A stretch of DNA of 64,000 bases from Spirochaetota bacterium (GCA_963663865.1 OY760686.1:1792001-1856000); one strand, 5' to 3'. Positions 38,775-49,103 are shown, numbered from the stretch's first letter. The notes: generated from the letters alone by a model not told the origin. Program-made: numbers and translations.

Positions 38775-39559
38775 TGGCGTTAAAGCGCAAAAAAAAGTGT
38801 CCAGTCGGTACGCCGGCGTGGATGGTCAGTATGGGAGACATGAACAACCTGCTCATGTGCTTCTTCATTATCATGATGGGCGATATAACAACAGTTACTC
38901 AGGAAGAGTTCCAGATGACTATCTCAGCGATTCAGGGCTCTCTCGGCGCCATGCCGGGGGGCGCGTCCCTTTCAAAGGGGAGGGTCATGGAGCTCGGTCA
39001 CAACATGATGACATTGCCCTCAACTGACAAGGGCCGGTCTCCCGGCAGAATGCTCCGAAAGGCCTATGAGGTCTTTAAGCCTGAGATTCAGTCAAAGTAT
39101 GTGAAGATACGCGAAGATGAACGAGGGCTCATCATTACACTGATGAGCGACCTTTTTTTTGAACCTGGAAGCGCAAGGCTTATGGACGGGGTAAGGCCTG
39201 TTCTGACAAAGGTCGCTAATCTTACTGCCGAGTTTCCGAATTTCGTCCGTATCGAGGGACATACCGACAAGGATAAACCTGTGGCCGCAAGGATGCGCGG
39301 AGGCTATGAAACCAACTGGGAGCTTTCTTCCGCGAGAAGCGTCAACGTTCTGCGGTTCATTGTTGAAGAGGAAAATGGAAACCCCAAACAGTTCTCAGCT
39401 GTCGCCTTCGGAGAGCACAGGCCGGTAGATGACAACAATACACCCGAGGGGCGCGCGGCCAATCGCAGGGTTGAAGTCGTAATACTTAAAGAAAAGTTTC
39501 TGAAAGAAGAAAAAGCCCGGGGCATCGACAGGCCTCTTCCGTCAGAAGAGTGGAGATGA
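38774..39559 (+). CDS. motB: Flagellar stator protein MotB
   Basis: PAWMVSMGDM TM with the conserved Asp; OmpA-like domain IEGHTD, NWELSSARS, NRRVEV. Confidence 0.92.
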   Translation: MALKRKKKCPVGTPAWMVSMGDMNNLLMCFFIIMMGDITTVTQEEFQMTISAIQGSLGAMPGGASLSKGRVMELGHNMMTLPSTDKGRSPGRMLRKAYEVFKPEIQSKYVKIREDERGLIITLMSDLFFEPGSARLMDGVRPVLTKVANLTAEFPNFVRIEGHTDKDKPVAARMRGGYETNWELSSARSVNVLRFIVEEENGNPKQFSAVAFGEHRPVDDNNTPEGRAANRRVEVVILKEKFLKEEKARGIDRPLPSEEWR

Positions 39560-39560
39560 A

Positions 39561-39974
39561 ATGCCCGATCTTGATATCAGCACACCAGCCCTTCTTTTCT
39601 CTGCGATTTCGCTGCTTCTTCTCGCTTTCACAAACAGGTTTCTCTCAATCGCTGCACTGGTTAGAAGCCTGCACGACTCGTATCTGGAGACGCGTTCAAA
39701 GACCATCTACTGTCAGATAGAGAACCTAAAGTCAAGGCTTCAGCTTATTAAGAACATGCAGGTTGCCGGCCTTGCCAGCCTCCTTCTCTGTGTTCTCTGT
39801 ATGTTGCTGATCTACATAGGATTGTATCTTGCAGCAAAAATCATATTTGCAATCGCACTTATTCTTATGATTTTGTCGCTTTCTCTTTCGATACGTGAGA
39901 TATTCATATCTGTAAAAGCGCTCAATCTGCACTTGAGCGATATCGAGAACACGGAAAGAGACGAATTGTCTTAG
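39561..39974 (+). CDS. DUF2721-like membrane protein
   Basis: STPALLFSAISLLLLAFTNRFL...LIKNMQ...SIREIFISVKAL pattern with 3 TM segments. Confidence 0.7.
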   Translation: MPDLDISTPALLFSAISLLLLAFTNRFLSIAALVRSLHDSYLETRSKTIYCQIENLKSRLQLIKNMQVAGLASLLLCVLCMLLIYIGLYLAAKIIFAIALILMILSLSLSIREIFISVKALNLHLSDIENTERDELS

Positions 39975-40173
39975 TCATCTTCTGATACGGCATTTCAAGT
40001 GCTATGGAACTTATTGCTCTGCGCTTGACGCTGCTCAGCCTTGCGCTTCACCTCTTCTAACCTCAATGTTTACATATCTGTAACAAAACGGGTACAAATC
40101 TGTTTGACCATCGGTTCATGAAAAGTTTTATGAATAAACATAGACTCATGAAAATTTGATCTGGGGGTGGGCT

Positions 40174-41643
40174 ATGTTATTAATATTATTAATATCTGTC
40201 GGAATAGCCGTTGTCACTTTGACAACAGCGGTTATCATTATTAAGAAAATTCATCGAAAATCAATTCAAGCCTATATCCGTCAGATAGAAGAGATGGCAG
40301 CCGATTCAGAGAAGCAGGGTAAGGAGTTGAGGGTTGTCTCTGAACGTCTCGCGTCAATCGCCGTTCAACTCGCTGATACAATAGACGAATCAAACGCGTT
40401 TTCGAAAAGCATGATGGATTTGTCGCTTGAACTTGAAAAGAACAACGGCAAGATGCTAAACAGCTCATCAAGGTCAATATTTGAGGTAAGGAAGATGACG
40501 GGCCTTCTTGACAGGATGACAGGGATGACATCATCCATGAAAAAGGCAAGCCTGGACGCCAACATGACCATCAGTGGAAGTCTTAAGGACATCTCTGCGA
40601 TAATTGACGCTGTTGAGCTTATAAACATTACTTCGTCTCAAACGGCTCAAAAGGTCGAGGATGTCCAGTCGACATCGAATCAGATCATACAAATACTTGA
40701 TACCGTCCGTGACATTTCAGAAAGGACCCAGCTTCTCGCTTTCAATGCGGCGATTGAATCGGCACGGGCGGGCGATACCGGAAGGGGGTTCGCGGTAGTT
40801 GCCGATGAGATCAGAAAGCTTTCAGGCGCGACCGGCGAGGCTGTTGAGAGTATCGGGGGCCTTGTATCATCAATTCTGGCACAGGTGGAATCGCTTCATG
40901 AGGTTTCAGCGAAGAACAGGCAAAGCGCCGTCGACGGGGCGGCATCTGTGAAAATTGTCGAGAAACGGCTGGGGGATATAACTCTCTCGTTCGAGGGCAC
41001 TCTCACAGGCATAGACAGTATATCAAAGCTGGCACTTGAACAGGATGATATGGCAAGCTCTATAGGAAAGAGCGTCAGTGTACTTGAAGAGGACATAAGG
41101 TCGGCCGATGGAAGCGTGGAGAAGGTTCACGCCGCGGTAGAAAGGCAGCACAGCGAAATAATGGGGCTGACCGATATGGCAAAGCGGCTCAATGAAGCCG
41201 CCGAGGAGATGAGGGAGATGACATCATATCTCAAGGCGGAGACCATTACGGGGGGCAGCGTTTCTGAAAGGATAATTGATTCAGCCAGGTATGCTGTTAA
41301 AAGAGGCATTCTGAGAGAAATATCGCTGCTGCCTACGACAGGAGAAGCCCACGGAGAAGCAGTAGACGAGTTCCTGAAACGTAACAGTGTTTTTGAGGCT
41401 GCCTGGACAAATGATGTGAGGGGAAGATTTATATGCTCGGTGCCGCCGTCCGGGATCGCGAACGCCACGAACAGGGAATGGTTTCGACACGCTGTAGCGG
41501 GAGAGGAATACGTATCAGAGCCCTATCTGTCTGCCATTACCGGAGAGCCCTGTGTAACGTTTTCATTCCCGCTTGCCGGCACCGACGGAAAGATATTCGG
41601 TGTTGCCGGTTTTGACATAAGCGTTAACCGCAGGCAGGGTTAA
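40174..41643 (+). CDS. Methyl-accepting chemotaxis protein with C-terminal Cache/PDC domain
   Basis: One N-terminal TM; MCP core [36 protein letters not shown]; C-terminal [33 protein letters not shown]. Confidence 0.88.
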   Translation: MLLILLISVGIAVVTLTTAVIIIKKIHRKSIQAYIRQIEEMAADSEKQGKELRVVSERLASIAVQLADTIDESNAFSKSMMDLSLELEKNNGKMLNSSSRSIFEVRKMTGLLDRMTGMTSSMKKASLDANMTISGSLKDISAIIDAVELINITSSQTAQKVEDVQSTSNQIIQILDTVRDISERTQLLAFNAAIESARAGDTGRGFAVVADEIRKLSGATGEAVESIGGLVSSILAQVESLHEVSAKNRQSAVDGAASVKIVEKRLGDITLSFEGTLTGIDSISKLALEQDDMASSIGKSVSVLEEDIRSADGSVEKVHAAVERQHSEIMGLTDMAKRLNEAAEEMREMTSYLKAETITGGSVSERIIDSARYAVKRGILREISLLPTTGEAHGEAVDEFLKRNSVFEAAWTNDVRGRFICSVPPSGIANATNREWFRHAVAGEEYVSEPYLSAITGEPCVTFSFPLAGTDGKIFGVAGFDISVNRRQG

Positions 41644-42854
41644 TTCCCAAGCATGTCGCAGCACAGGACATAGGGTATCCCGTCAGCGGAAACGAAAGGG
41701 GCCGATATGGTTGTGCAGAGGTTGCCTGACGCGGTTGACAGATAGACGGGGCTGGTATACCGCTTTAGCCCGGTCTTAAGATAGAAGAAGTAGTCCTTGT
41801 AAGATTGGTCAGTTCCCTTCGGGTCAGGTGAAAAAAGCGGGCAGCGGGTGTAGTCCGGGAGTTCTTTGCAAAATGTTTCTGATATCTGTATGCCGTCGCT
41901 GTCGATTATATAAACACACTCGACTGCCGGCATTTTGTGAATGATTTTCCCGAGTGTGTCGTGGAAGTCGTTTGGACTCAATGCTGATAGAATTTCAATA
42001 ATGCTGCTTATAACATTGTCGTATCTGATGTGTCTGATGTGAGTCTCCCTGACTCTTTCAAGCATTTGTTCTCTGAACATGTCCGCTGCCTGCAGCATTT
42101 TCCCGGCAACTGATTCCGGCGCTTCAGGAGATTCCTGCGGTTTTGAGAAGTAAAAGCCCTGGAGAAGGTCGGCGCCGATTCTAAGGCATTCGGCAGAGTC
42201 TTCAATGTTTTCAACGCCCTCTGCGACGATTATTGATCCAGTCCCATGGCCCATCGCGGTTATCGCCTTTACTATTTCCCTGCGGTAGAAGCTTCCGCTT
42301 ATGCCCTGGACAAGAGACATGTCAATTTTGATGATGTCAGGTTTTAGAAGTATAATCCTTTCAAGGCTTGAGAACCCTGATCCGATATCATCAATTGCGA
42401 TAAGGAATCCGTAATCCCTGTATCTTCTTACAAAGTCAATCAGAACTGCATCGTCCTTGACCTGGGATTCGAGGATTTCAATCATTATCTGGCTCGGAGC
42501 AATGCCGGATTCCTCAGCGCTTCTGAGGAGGTGGTCTGACCTGTAAGCCGATTCAAGTATTGATGAATTGATGTTTATAGAGAGAACAGAACCGCGGAGG
42601 TGGGCCTCGGATCCTTTGAAACCCTGCAGCGCCGCCTTTCTGCACTGCCTGTCGAGCTCAAGAAGAGTTCCGGTTTCCTCAGCTTTGCTGAAAAGTGTAC
42701 CGGGATTGACCATTCTTCCAGATGAGTCCTTTGCCCTTGCAAGGGATTCAAAGACTGATACCGTCTTTTTTTTTACGGAAACTATCGGCTGGTACACAGA
42801 GTACAGACCTCTTTCGAGTATTTTGTTATATTCTTCATTGGTGAGGCTGTTCAT
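41640..42854 (-). CDS. EAL-domain protein with C-terminal PDC/YkuI_C-like domain
   Basis: [41 protein letters not shown]; C-terminal DQSYKDYF...[20 protein letters not shown]. Confidence 0.85.
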   Translation of the reverse strand: MNSLTNEEYNKILERGLYSVYQPIVSVKKKTVSVFESLARAKDSSGRMVNPGTLFSKAEETGTLLELDRQCRKAALQGFKGSEAHLRGSVLSININSSILESAYRSDHLLRSAEESGIAPSQIMIEILESQVKDDAVLIDFVRRYRDYGFLIAIDDIGSGFSSLERIILLKPDIIKIDMSLVQGISGSFYRREIVKAITAMGHGTGSIIVAEGVENIEDSAECLRIGADLLQGFYFSKPQESPEAPESVAGKMLQAADMFREQMLERVRETHIRHIRYDNVISSIIEILSALSPNDFHDTLGKIIHKMPAVECVYIIDSDGIQISETFCKELPDYTRCPLFSPDPKGTDQSYKDYFFYLKTGLKRYTSPVYLSTASGNLCTTISAPFVSADGIPYVLCCDMLGN

Positions 42855-42973
42855 GGTTATGGACCCGTATGGTTATAAGTAATTTTATAAACACATATAT
42901 CTGAATAGTGTCAATTAATTATTTAGTCTGTGGCAGTGATTTAACAGGGATGTAATCTGCGGTATTAGAGAGC

Positions 42974-44200
42974 TTAGACTTTAGCACCGGACCTCCGGGC
43001 CGCTGAGCTTCCTGCAAGTAATCCGGTCGAGAATGCCGCCTGAAGATTGTATCCCCCCGTATATCCGTCAATATCCATTACTTCACCAGCGAAAAAGAGG
43101 CCCGGGACTTTGAGTGATTCCATTGTCTTTGGATTGATGTGCTCAATAGAGGCTCCGCCTCTGGTCGCCATTGCATGATTAAAGCCTTCGACAGCATGTA
43201 TTGTCACTTCAAAGGCTGTCAGGCTGTCAATAAGGGCCTTCCTGTTTTCTCTGGATATTTCCGAGGGATGGGTTGCCGGCTTAATGGAATGAATGTCAAG
43301 TACAACCAGAGCCAGGCGTTCTGGAAGGCCAAGACCCTGTATAAGACGTTTGATGTTCTTTGAGCCGGATGAGCGCGATTCAAGAATAAAACTTTCATTG
43401 ATAACCGAAGCTTCTTCAGAAACAAGAGAAAAGCGGAAAATGTCGCCGGGTAGAGCGAAACGGCTTATGTCAAGAACCCCCGGACCCGAAAGCCCTGTAT
43501 GAGTGAAGAGAATATCACCTGTATTCTTTGCCTCAAGCCGGCCTTTTCTGATAAGTTCGCATTTGGAAGATTTGACTGACAAACCGGCAAGTTCAGAAAT
43601 GTACGGTGACTTGATGATAAAGGGCGCAAGAGCTGGACGCTGCGCCACAGTCGGATGCCCGGCCATCTCTGTCAGCAGAGAGCCTGAACCGTCTGAGCCG
43701 GTTGCTGGATAGGATTTGCCTCCTGCTGCAATGATCAGATTTCCAGCCAGGTATTCTTCGCTGTCAGTGATTACGGTAAAACCGTCAGTTTGTCTATTAA
43801 TAGACAGAGCTGGACACTTTGTAAGGAGTTCAGCTCCGCTTTCATTGATTTCAGCAAGCAACATCCGCAGAATATCTGAGGATAACATAGAGGATGGGAA
43901 AACCTTTCCGTCTGGCCTGGTTAATGTTCTAATGCCTCTGGAGTTCAGAAGGGCAATCAATTTTTCTGGAGGAAAAGCTGAAAGCGCCGGTTTTAGAAAT
44001 CTGCCTGTACCGGGATACCTGTCTAAAAAACTGAAAATATCTCCTGTATGGGTTATGTTGCATTGGCCTGAACCGGAGATAAGAAGCTTTCTGCCGGGCA
44101 AAGCTTTTTTTTCGAGAATTAAGCAATCTGGCCCCGCATTCGCTGCCGCAAAGAGTCCAGCCGGGCCAGCTCCAATTATGATTGTTTTACAGGATTTCAT
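42974..44200 (-). CDS. HI0933/YhiN/BaiN-family flavoprotein
   Basis: IGAGPAG, GRKLLISGSGQCNIT, GGKSYPATGSDG, LFTHTGLSGP, GEVMDIDGYTGGYNLQAAFSTG. Confidence 0.9.
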   Translation of the reverse strand: MKSCKTIIIGAGPAGLFAAANAGPDCLILEKKALPGRKLLISGSGQCNITHTGDIFSFLDRYPGTGRFLKPALSAFPPEKLIALLNSRGIRTLTRPDGKVFPSSMLSSDILRMLLAEINESGAELLTKCPALSINRQTDGFTVITDSEEYLAGNLIIAAGGKSYPATGSDGSGSLLTEMAGHPTVAQRPALAPFIIKSPYISELAGLSVKSSKCELIRKGRLEAKNTGDILFTHTGLSGPGVLDISRFALPGDIFRFSLVSEEASVINESFILESRSSGSKNIKRLIQGLGLPERLALVVLDIHSIKPATHPSEISRENRKALIDSLTAFEVTIHAVEGFNHAMATRGGASIEHINPKTMESLKVPGLFFAGEVMDIDGYTGGYNLQAAFSTGLLAGSSAARRSGAKV

Positions 44201-44306
44201 TTTCGCAGAATTAAGTGTAATTGGATTGCTGTCAAACAGAGTAATGCGAGGATTGACAAAAAAAGTGATGAAAAATTTTAATAAGGAAAAAAAATTCCAA
44301 TAATTA

Positions 44307-44351
44307 TTGACAAAAGGTGAAGGAAATTTTACCTTGTTAGAAGTAGCTAAG
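44307..44351 (+). promoter_or_regulatory. Sigma-70-like promoter with adjacent operator 1 upstream of feoA
   Basis: TTGACA-N17-TACCTT followed directly by GTTAG-AAGTAG-CTAAG (44336-44351). Confidence 0.6.
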
Positions 44352-44370
44352 AATAAAAGAGGTATCTTTT

Positions 44371-44634
44371 ATGTTCGACGGCATTGTAAAACTGGAAAAC
44401 ATGGGATGTGCAAAATTGAATTTGGCTGATGCGCCCCGGGGTAAAATGCTAAAAGTAGGTCGATTTCAGGGCGGAAGGGCGTTTTATCAGAAGCTTTTAA
44501 GCCTTGGCTTTTATCCAGGAGCCGCCATCAAGGTGATTTCATCAAGCAAAAAGGGTCCTGTTATCGCTGAGATATGCGGATCAAGGGTGGTTATTGGTCA
44601 CTCCATGGCTGAAAGGATATCAATCGACTGTTAG
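44371..44634 (+). CDS. feoA: Ferrous iron transport protein A
   Basis: 87 aa, QKLLSLGFYPGAAIKVI...GPVIAEICGSRVVIGHSMAERI SH3-like FeoA pattern. Confidence 0.9.
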   Translation: MFDGIVKLENMGCAKLNLADAPRGKMLKVGRFQGGRAFYQKLLSLGFYPGAAIKVISSSKKGPVIAEICGSRVVIGHSMAERISIDC

Positions 44635-44667
44635 GAAGAAAAAAGAGAAGTTTTTTTTGAAACAAAG

Positions 44668-44683
44668 GTTAGTTAAAACAAAC
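44668..44683. promoter_or_regulatory. Operator 2 (GTTAG-N6-CTAAC-like) between feoA and feoB
   Basis: GTTAG-TTAAAA-CAAAC; one mismatch to the palindrome shared with 44336 and 49063. Confidence 0.45.
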
Positions 44684-44840
44684 AAAGTTAGATGTCAGGT
44701 TTGTTCAGATGTTCTTTTAATCTATTGTTAAAAAGAATTGTGTGGAGTTCAAGCGTTTTTTTGAAGTTCATTCGTTATGAAGACGCCGAATTCAATAATT
44801 AAGTATCAATCGAACTAATGAATTTTAATGGAGTTGGTAA

Positions 44841-47150
44841 TTGGGCAAGAGTTTAAAGGTTGCAATAGCGGGAAATCCAAACTGCGGGAAAACAACCCTG
44901 TTTAATTCGCTGACAGGCGGAAGGCAGACCATAGGAAATTGGCCCGGCGTCACCGTAGAAAAAAAAGAGGGACGCTATTCCTATAAGGGCCGCGAGGTCG
45001 AACTTGTTGATCTTCCCGGAATATATTCACTTTCTGCTCATTCGGAGGACGAGAGGGCGGCTATGGACTACCTCAACTCTCATGATGCAGACCTTGTAAT
45101 CAATGTCGTTGATGCTCTCAACCTGGAAAGAAATCTTTACCTGACGGTACAGCTTGCCGAAATGAAGGTTCCCATGGTTGTTGTTCTTAACAGGATGGAT
45201 CTCGCTGAAAAGGACAAGATTTCAATAGACATCAATCACCTCTCTGAGCATCTCGGGGTTCCCGTGGTTGGCGCCAGTGCAATAAAAAAATACAGCGTTG
45301 AGTCAGTCAAGGATGCCATTGAGAGCTCGCTGAGCGGCCCAACGATTCCTTCTCTTGCTGTGGATTATCCTGATGAAATTCAGCGATATGTCAATAAGTG
45401 GAGCTCGGATTTGACCGGTGTTGCTGGTGAATTCGGAGCTAATCCCCGCTGGTTTGCGCTGAAGATGGTTGAGGGTGACAGGTGGGCGGTCAATGAGGCC
45501 GTCTCCTCCGGGCTGGTCGGCCGCGGCGATGTTGTCGCGGCGGTGCATGAGATCGAATCCTATCTTTACGAGTCTCCGGATATAGTTATCGCAGATTACC
45601 GCTACGGCTACATAAACAGCCTTGTCCGCGAGGTGGTTACGAGAAAGGTGGACCGCCAGAGAGTGTCTGACATAATTGACCGTGTTGTTTTGAACAGGGT
45701 TCTCGGTGTTCCAGTATTTCTTGTAGTTATGTATTTTGTCTTCTGGGCTGCGATCTCATTGGGCGGTGCGTTTATTGATTTTTTCGATATCGCTTTTGGT
45801 GCAGTATTTGTAGATGGATTTGGATATCTTCTCAGTCTTGCGGGAACGCCAGCATGGCTTAATGCTCTTCTTGCCGGAGGAATTGGCGCGGGCATTCAGA
45901 CTGTTGCAACTTTTGTTCCGATTATTTTTATGATGTTTTTTATGCTCTCCCTGCTTGAGGATTCAGGGTATATGGCCCGCATCGCGTTTGTCATGGACCG
46001 ATTCATGCGCTTCATAGGCCTGCCAGGGAAGTCCTTTGTACCGCTCCTCGTAGGTTACGGCTGTACTGTGCCTGCTGTTCTCGCTACAAGGACTCTTGAG
46101 TCCAGAAGGGACAGGCTTCTTACCATACTTATAGCGCCATTTATGTCCTGCGGAGCCAGGCTGCCTGTTTATGCTCTTTTCGCGTCTTCTTTTTTTCCCG
46201 GAAACGCGGGTCTTGTAGTTTTTTCACTTTATATCGCAGGGATTGCTCTCGCGGTTGTTTCAGGTCTTGTTTTGAAAAATACACTGTTTGTCGGCGAGCC
46301 TTCTCATTTTATTATGGAGCTTCCGGTTTATAACCCGCCGCGCTTTAAACACATTATTATACACACCTGGGTCAGGCTTAAGGAGTTTGTAGTGAGGGCG
46401 GGGCAGGTTATTGTAATTGGTGTAGCTGCTCTGTCCTTTTTCAACAGCCTCGGTACAGATGGTACTTTCGGCAATGAGGGAACTGAAAAGTCGGTTCTGG
46501 CTAATGCCGGCAAGGCGATAACGCCGGTTTTTTACTCTATGGGTGTTCAGAGTGAAAACTGGCCCGCGGCAGTGGCAATTTTCTCGGGAATATTCGCCAA
46601 GGAATCAGTAGTTGGAACATTGAATTCCCTTTATTCCCAGATTGATTACTCGTATGCAGCTTATGAATCTGCTGCGGGTGAGCCCGGGGCGGCAGGTGAC
46701 GCGGGGCCCGGTGTAGGATCAGCACTGATTGAAGCTATCTCAACCATTCCGGAGAATCTGAAGCAGACGTTTGTGGGGATAACCGATCCTCTCGGAATAC
46801 AAAAGGAGTTTTCCTCCGTGAACAATCCTTCAGTCTACGAGGATAGGGTGCACAGCTCACTGAGGCGGCACTTTAAAAATAACGCAGAGGTTTATGCCTA
46901 TCTTCTGTTTATCCTTATATACTTTCCCTGTATTGCCGCTCTGGGCGCGGTGAGTAAGGAAGCAGGATTAAAGATTGCAGTTCTTCAGGCCCTGTTTCTG
47001 ACTTTGCTGGGCTGGATTGCTGCGACTCTTTTCTATCAATTCGCCGCGGGCGGCAGTTTTATGTGGATTTCCATATCGGCAGCAATGCTTCTGCTGATGG
47101 TGCTCTCTCTCAGAATTATGAGACAAAAACCGGATGATGAAGCTGAATAA
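44841..47150 (+). CDS. feoB: Ferrous iron transport protein B
   Basis: G1 GNPNCGKTT, WPGVTVEK, DLPG, NRMD; LEDSGYMAR, PFMSCGARLPVY, YFPCIA gate motifs; TTG start behind GGAG. Confidence 0.96.
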   Translation: MGKSLKVAIAGNPNCGKTTLFNSLTGGRQTIGNWPGVTVEKKEGRYSYKGREVELVDLPGIYSLSAHSEDERAAMDYLNSHDADLVINVVDALNLERNLYLTVQLAEMKVPMVVVLNRMDLAEKDKISIDINHLSEHLGVPVVGASAIKKYSVESVKDAIESSLSGPTIPSLAVDYPDEIQRYVNKWSSDLTGVAGEFGANPRWFALKMVEGDRWAVNEAVSSGLVGRGDVVAAVHEIESYLYESPDIVIADYRYGYINSLVREVVTRKVDRQRVSDIIDRVVLNRVLGVPVFLVVMYFVFWAAISLGGAFIDFFDIAFGAVFVDGFGYLLSLAGTPAWLNALLAGGIGAGIQTVATFVPIIFMMFFMLSLLEDSGYMARIAFVMDRFMRFIGLPGKSFVPLLVGYGCTVPAVLATRTLESRRDRLLTILIAPFMSCGARLPVYALFASSFFPGNAGLVVFSLYIAGIALAVVSGLVLKNTLFVGEPSHFIMELPVYNPPRFKHIIIHTWVRLKEFVVRAGQVIVIGVAALSFFNSLGTDGTFGNEGTEKSVLANAGKAITPVFYSMGVQSENWPAAVAIFSGIFAKESVVGTLNSLYSQIDYSYAAYESAAGEPGAAGDAGPGVGSALIEAISTIPENLKQTFVGITDPLGIQKEFSSVNNPSVYEDRVHSSLRRHFKNNAEVYAYLLFILIYFPCIAALGAVSKEAGLKIAVLQALFLTLLGWIAATLFYQFAAGGSFMWISISAAMLLLMVLSLRIMRQKPDDEAE

Positions 47151-47185
47151 ATATTTTAATATCACTATATTTTTGGAGAAATGGT

Positions 47186-47959
47186 ATGCAGGAGTTAATC
47201 AATATAATTGAAAAAGGCGGAGCCGTTATGTGGCCAATCGCTTTTTGCGCCTTTGTTACTGTAGTAATCTTAATTGAACGTTATCTGTATTTTAGAGTGA
47301 CTCATGTGCGTTATGATGTTTTTCGTGACTGTCTTGTCGAGAGAATAAGCAAAAACGAAATATCTGAAATTGATTTCAGAAGGGAATATGTGCCTGCGGG
47401 TACAGAAAAAGGTGTTGTTTCCAGAGCTGTCATTCCTTTTAAAAACGCATACAGAAAGTTCTCAGTTCTTGTATGGAACGCCAGTCCGTTTACAAAAATA
47501 GCCTCAGAGTATTCAGCAAACGCAAAGGCTGATGAAAAAACAAGAAATGAGGCTCTGATGAGGACCGGATCACTGGAAATCGAAAAGATGGAAAAACACT
47601 TCAAGATTCTCTCAGCTATAAGCACAATAGCCCCGCTTCTTGGTCTGCTGGGTACAGTAATAGGTATACTTGAGAGCTTTCAGACCATACAGAGGATGGG
47701 CGGACAGGTTGACGTTAATTCACTGGCCGGCGGAATATGGGTTGCTCTTCTGACCACGGTCGCAGGTCTGATAGTCGCGATACCGGCCCAGCTTGGATAC
47801 ATTTATTTTGACAAGAAGGTTACTGAGCGGTCAAACCGTATGAACTATGTAACAACCTATCTGAACGAAAAGCTTTTTGCCCGGTCTGACAGCTCATATT
47901 CATCTGCCGGGGTTGTGTCATCAGTTCAGCGAGACGATTTTGAGCAGAGGCTGGTATGA
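47186..47959 (+). CDS. exbB: ExbB/TolQ-family proton channel
   Basis: GGAVMWPI, APLLGLLGTVIGI, AGGIWVALLTTVAGLIVAIPA. Confidence 0.88.
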   Translation: MQELINIIEKGGAVMWPIAFCAFVTVVILIERYLYFRVTHVRYDVFRDCLVERISKNEISEIDFRREYVPAGTEKGVVSRAVIPFKNAYRKFSVLVWNASPFTKIASEYSANAKADEKTRNEALMRTGSLEIEKMEKHFKILSAISTIAPLLGLLGTVIGILESFQTIQRMGGQVDVNSLAGGIWVALLTTVAGLIVAIPAQLGYIYFDKKVTERSNRMNYVTTYLNEKLFARSDSSYSSAGVVSSVQRDDFEQRLV

Positions 47960-48357
47960 TGTTTGTCAGAAAACAAGCGGAGATGCCGTTTATCAATGTA
48001 GCTCCGCTTGTAGATATTATTTTTATACTTTTGATTTTCTTCATGTTGAGCTCGAATTTTATCAAACCGATGCTGATGATGGAGCTGCCCAAAGCATCCC
48101 ATGTTGAAGAGAAGCTTGAGAAGGTTGATATTATCGTGACAGCTGATTCTGCCGGCGCCCTTTACGTTAATCGAGTTCCTGTAGAAATAAACAATCTGCA
48201 GAATTTGCTGACTGAAAGAATGGCCGAGGTCGGGAAATATGATGTGATTTTCAGCGGAGACGGTTCAATCCCCTACGAGATGTTCGTTAAAATCCTTGAT
48301 ATCGCAAAAGAAGCCGGAGCGACAAGTTTTTCCGTGGAACACGACAAGGAGAAGTGA
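47956..48357 (+). CDS. exbD: ExbD biopolymer transport protein
   Basis: INVAPLVDIIFILLIFFML with the conserved Asp; ATGA overlap with exbB. Confidence 0.9.
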   Translation: MMFVRKQAEMPFINVAPLVDIIFILLIFFMLSSNFIKPMLMMELPKASHVEEKLEKVDIIVTADSAGALYVNRVPVEINNLQNLLTERMAEVGKYDVIFSGDGSIPYEMFVKILDIAKEAGATSFSVEHDKEK

Positions 48358-48361
48358 CTGA

Positions 48362-48907
48362 ATGGGATTTCTTGAGAGGTTTTACGGGCTGGTTGAACAG
48401 GGCAGGTTTTTCAGGATTCTTCAACTCATTTTGCTCTTTGCGCTGGTTGCGGCATATTTAATTTCAGGCATTACCTTCGGCGGGGCAGAGGTCTATAAGA
48501 ATGAACACAGCGAGGTAAAGAGGTACATCGTTAAGAAAGTTTCCAGGCTGCCTGAGAAGGCAGAGCAAAAGGATACTGAAACAGAAAAAAGGGAAGCCGA
48601 TACAATTTCCCCTGAGGATATCAAAAAAAGGTACATATCTTACGTCATATCAAAAATTGAACAGAATAAGATTTATCCGGTCTCTGAACAGCGTCTTAAT
48701 CATGAAGGTAATGTGACATTTATTCTGGAGATAAAAAGAAGCGGAGAAGTTGCGAGTTTTACTTATCTTAACCGATGCCGCTATTCCAATCTTAACAGCG
48801 CGGCTGTTGAGGCGGTCAGGAAATCGGCTCCGTTTGCCCGGATTCCGCCGCAGCTTGAGGAAGATGTGATAAGAATCAAGGTTACTATGAGCTATTTTTT
48901 AAGATAG
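48362..48907 (+). CDS. tonB: Short TonB-family energy transducer
   Basis: N-terminal TM; TonB_C pattern YPVSEQRLNHEGNVTFILEIKRSGEV...LNSAAVEAVRKSAPF; no Pro-rich linker. Confidence 0.8.
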   Translation: MGFLERFYGLVEQGRFFRILQLILLFALVAAYLISGITFGGAEVYKNEHSEVKRYIVKKVSRLPEKAEQKDTETEKREADTISPEDIKKRYISYVISKIEQNKIYPVSEQRLNHEGNVTFILEIKRSGEVASFTYLNRCRYSNLNSAAVEAVRKSAPFARIPPQLEEDVIRIKVTMSYFLR

Positions 48908-49032
48908 CACTCAATGTTAATCCGCTTAAGAAGTCTGCTAAGGAGAAAATGATACTCTTTACTTAAGAACCAGCTTTTTACATCAACTCGCAATTCAGGG
49001 CAATAAAATTATTACCTAAAACTAAAATAAAT

Positions 49033-49081
49033 TTGACAAAAGGAATATCCTTTACAGTGTATGTTAGTTAAGATTAACATA
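49033..49081 (+). promoter_or_regulatory. Internal promoter and operator 3 upstream of the TonB-dependent receptor
   Basis: TTGACAAAAGG (identical 11-mer to 44307-44317), then TATGTTAG-TTAAGA-TTAACATA palindrome at 49060-49081. The -10 element is weak. Confidence 0.6.
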
Positions 49082-49103
49082 TTTAGTCCTATAGGAGAGA
49101 TTT

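Noticed and set aside
44690-44800. Metal-sensing riboswitch (NiCo or yybP-ykoY) between feoA and feoB
   Set aside because: Only weak AT-rich hairpins; no recognisable conserved core. An Rfam scan would settle it.
47186-48907. Tol-Pal (tolQRA) or second stator interpretation of exbB/exbD/tonB
   Set aside because: No tolB or pal follows; the next gene is a TonB-dependent receptor, and ExbD lacks an OmpA-like domain.
49060-49081. Rex box reading of the palindrome before the receptor
   Set aside because: TGTTA-N8-TAACA is 2 bp longer than Rex spacing and fits the feo-associated motif better.
48908-49103. Cobalamin riboswitch upstream of the TonB-dependent receptor
   Set aside because: No B12-box or conserved GGGAA/GCCACTG elements; the region is AT-rich and holds a promoter and operator instead.
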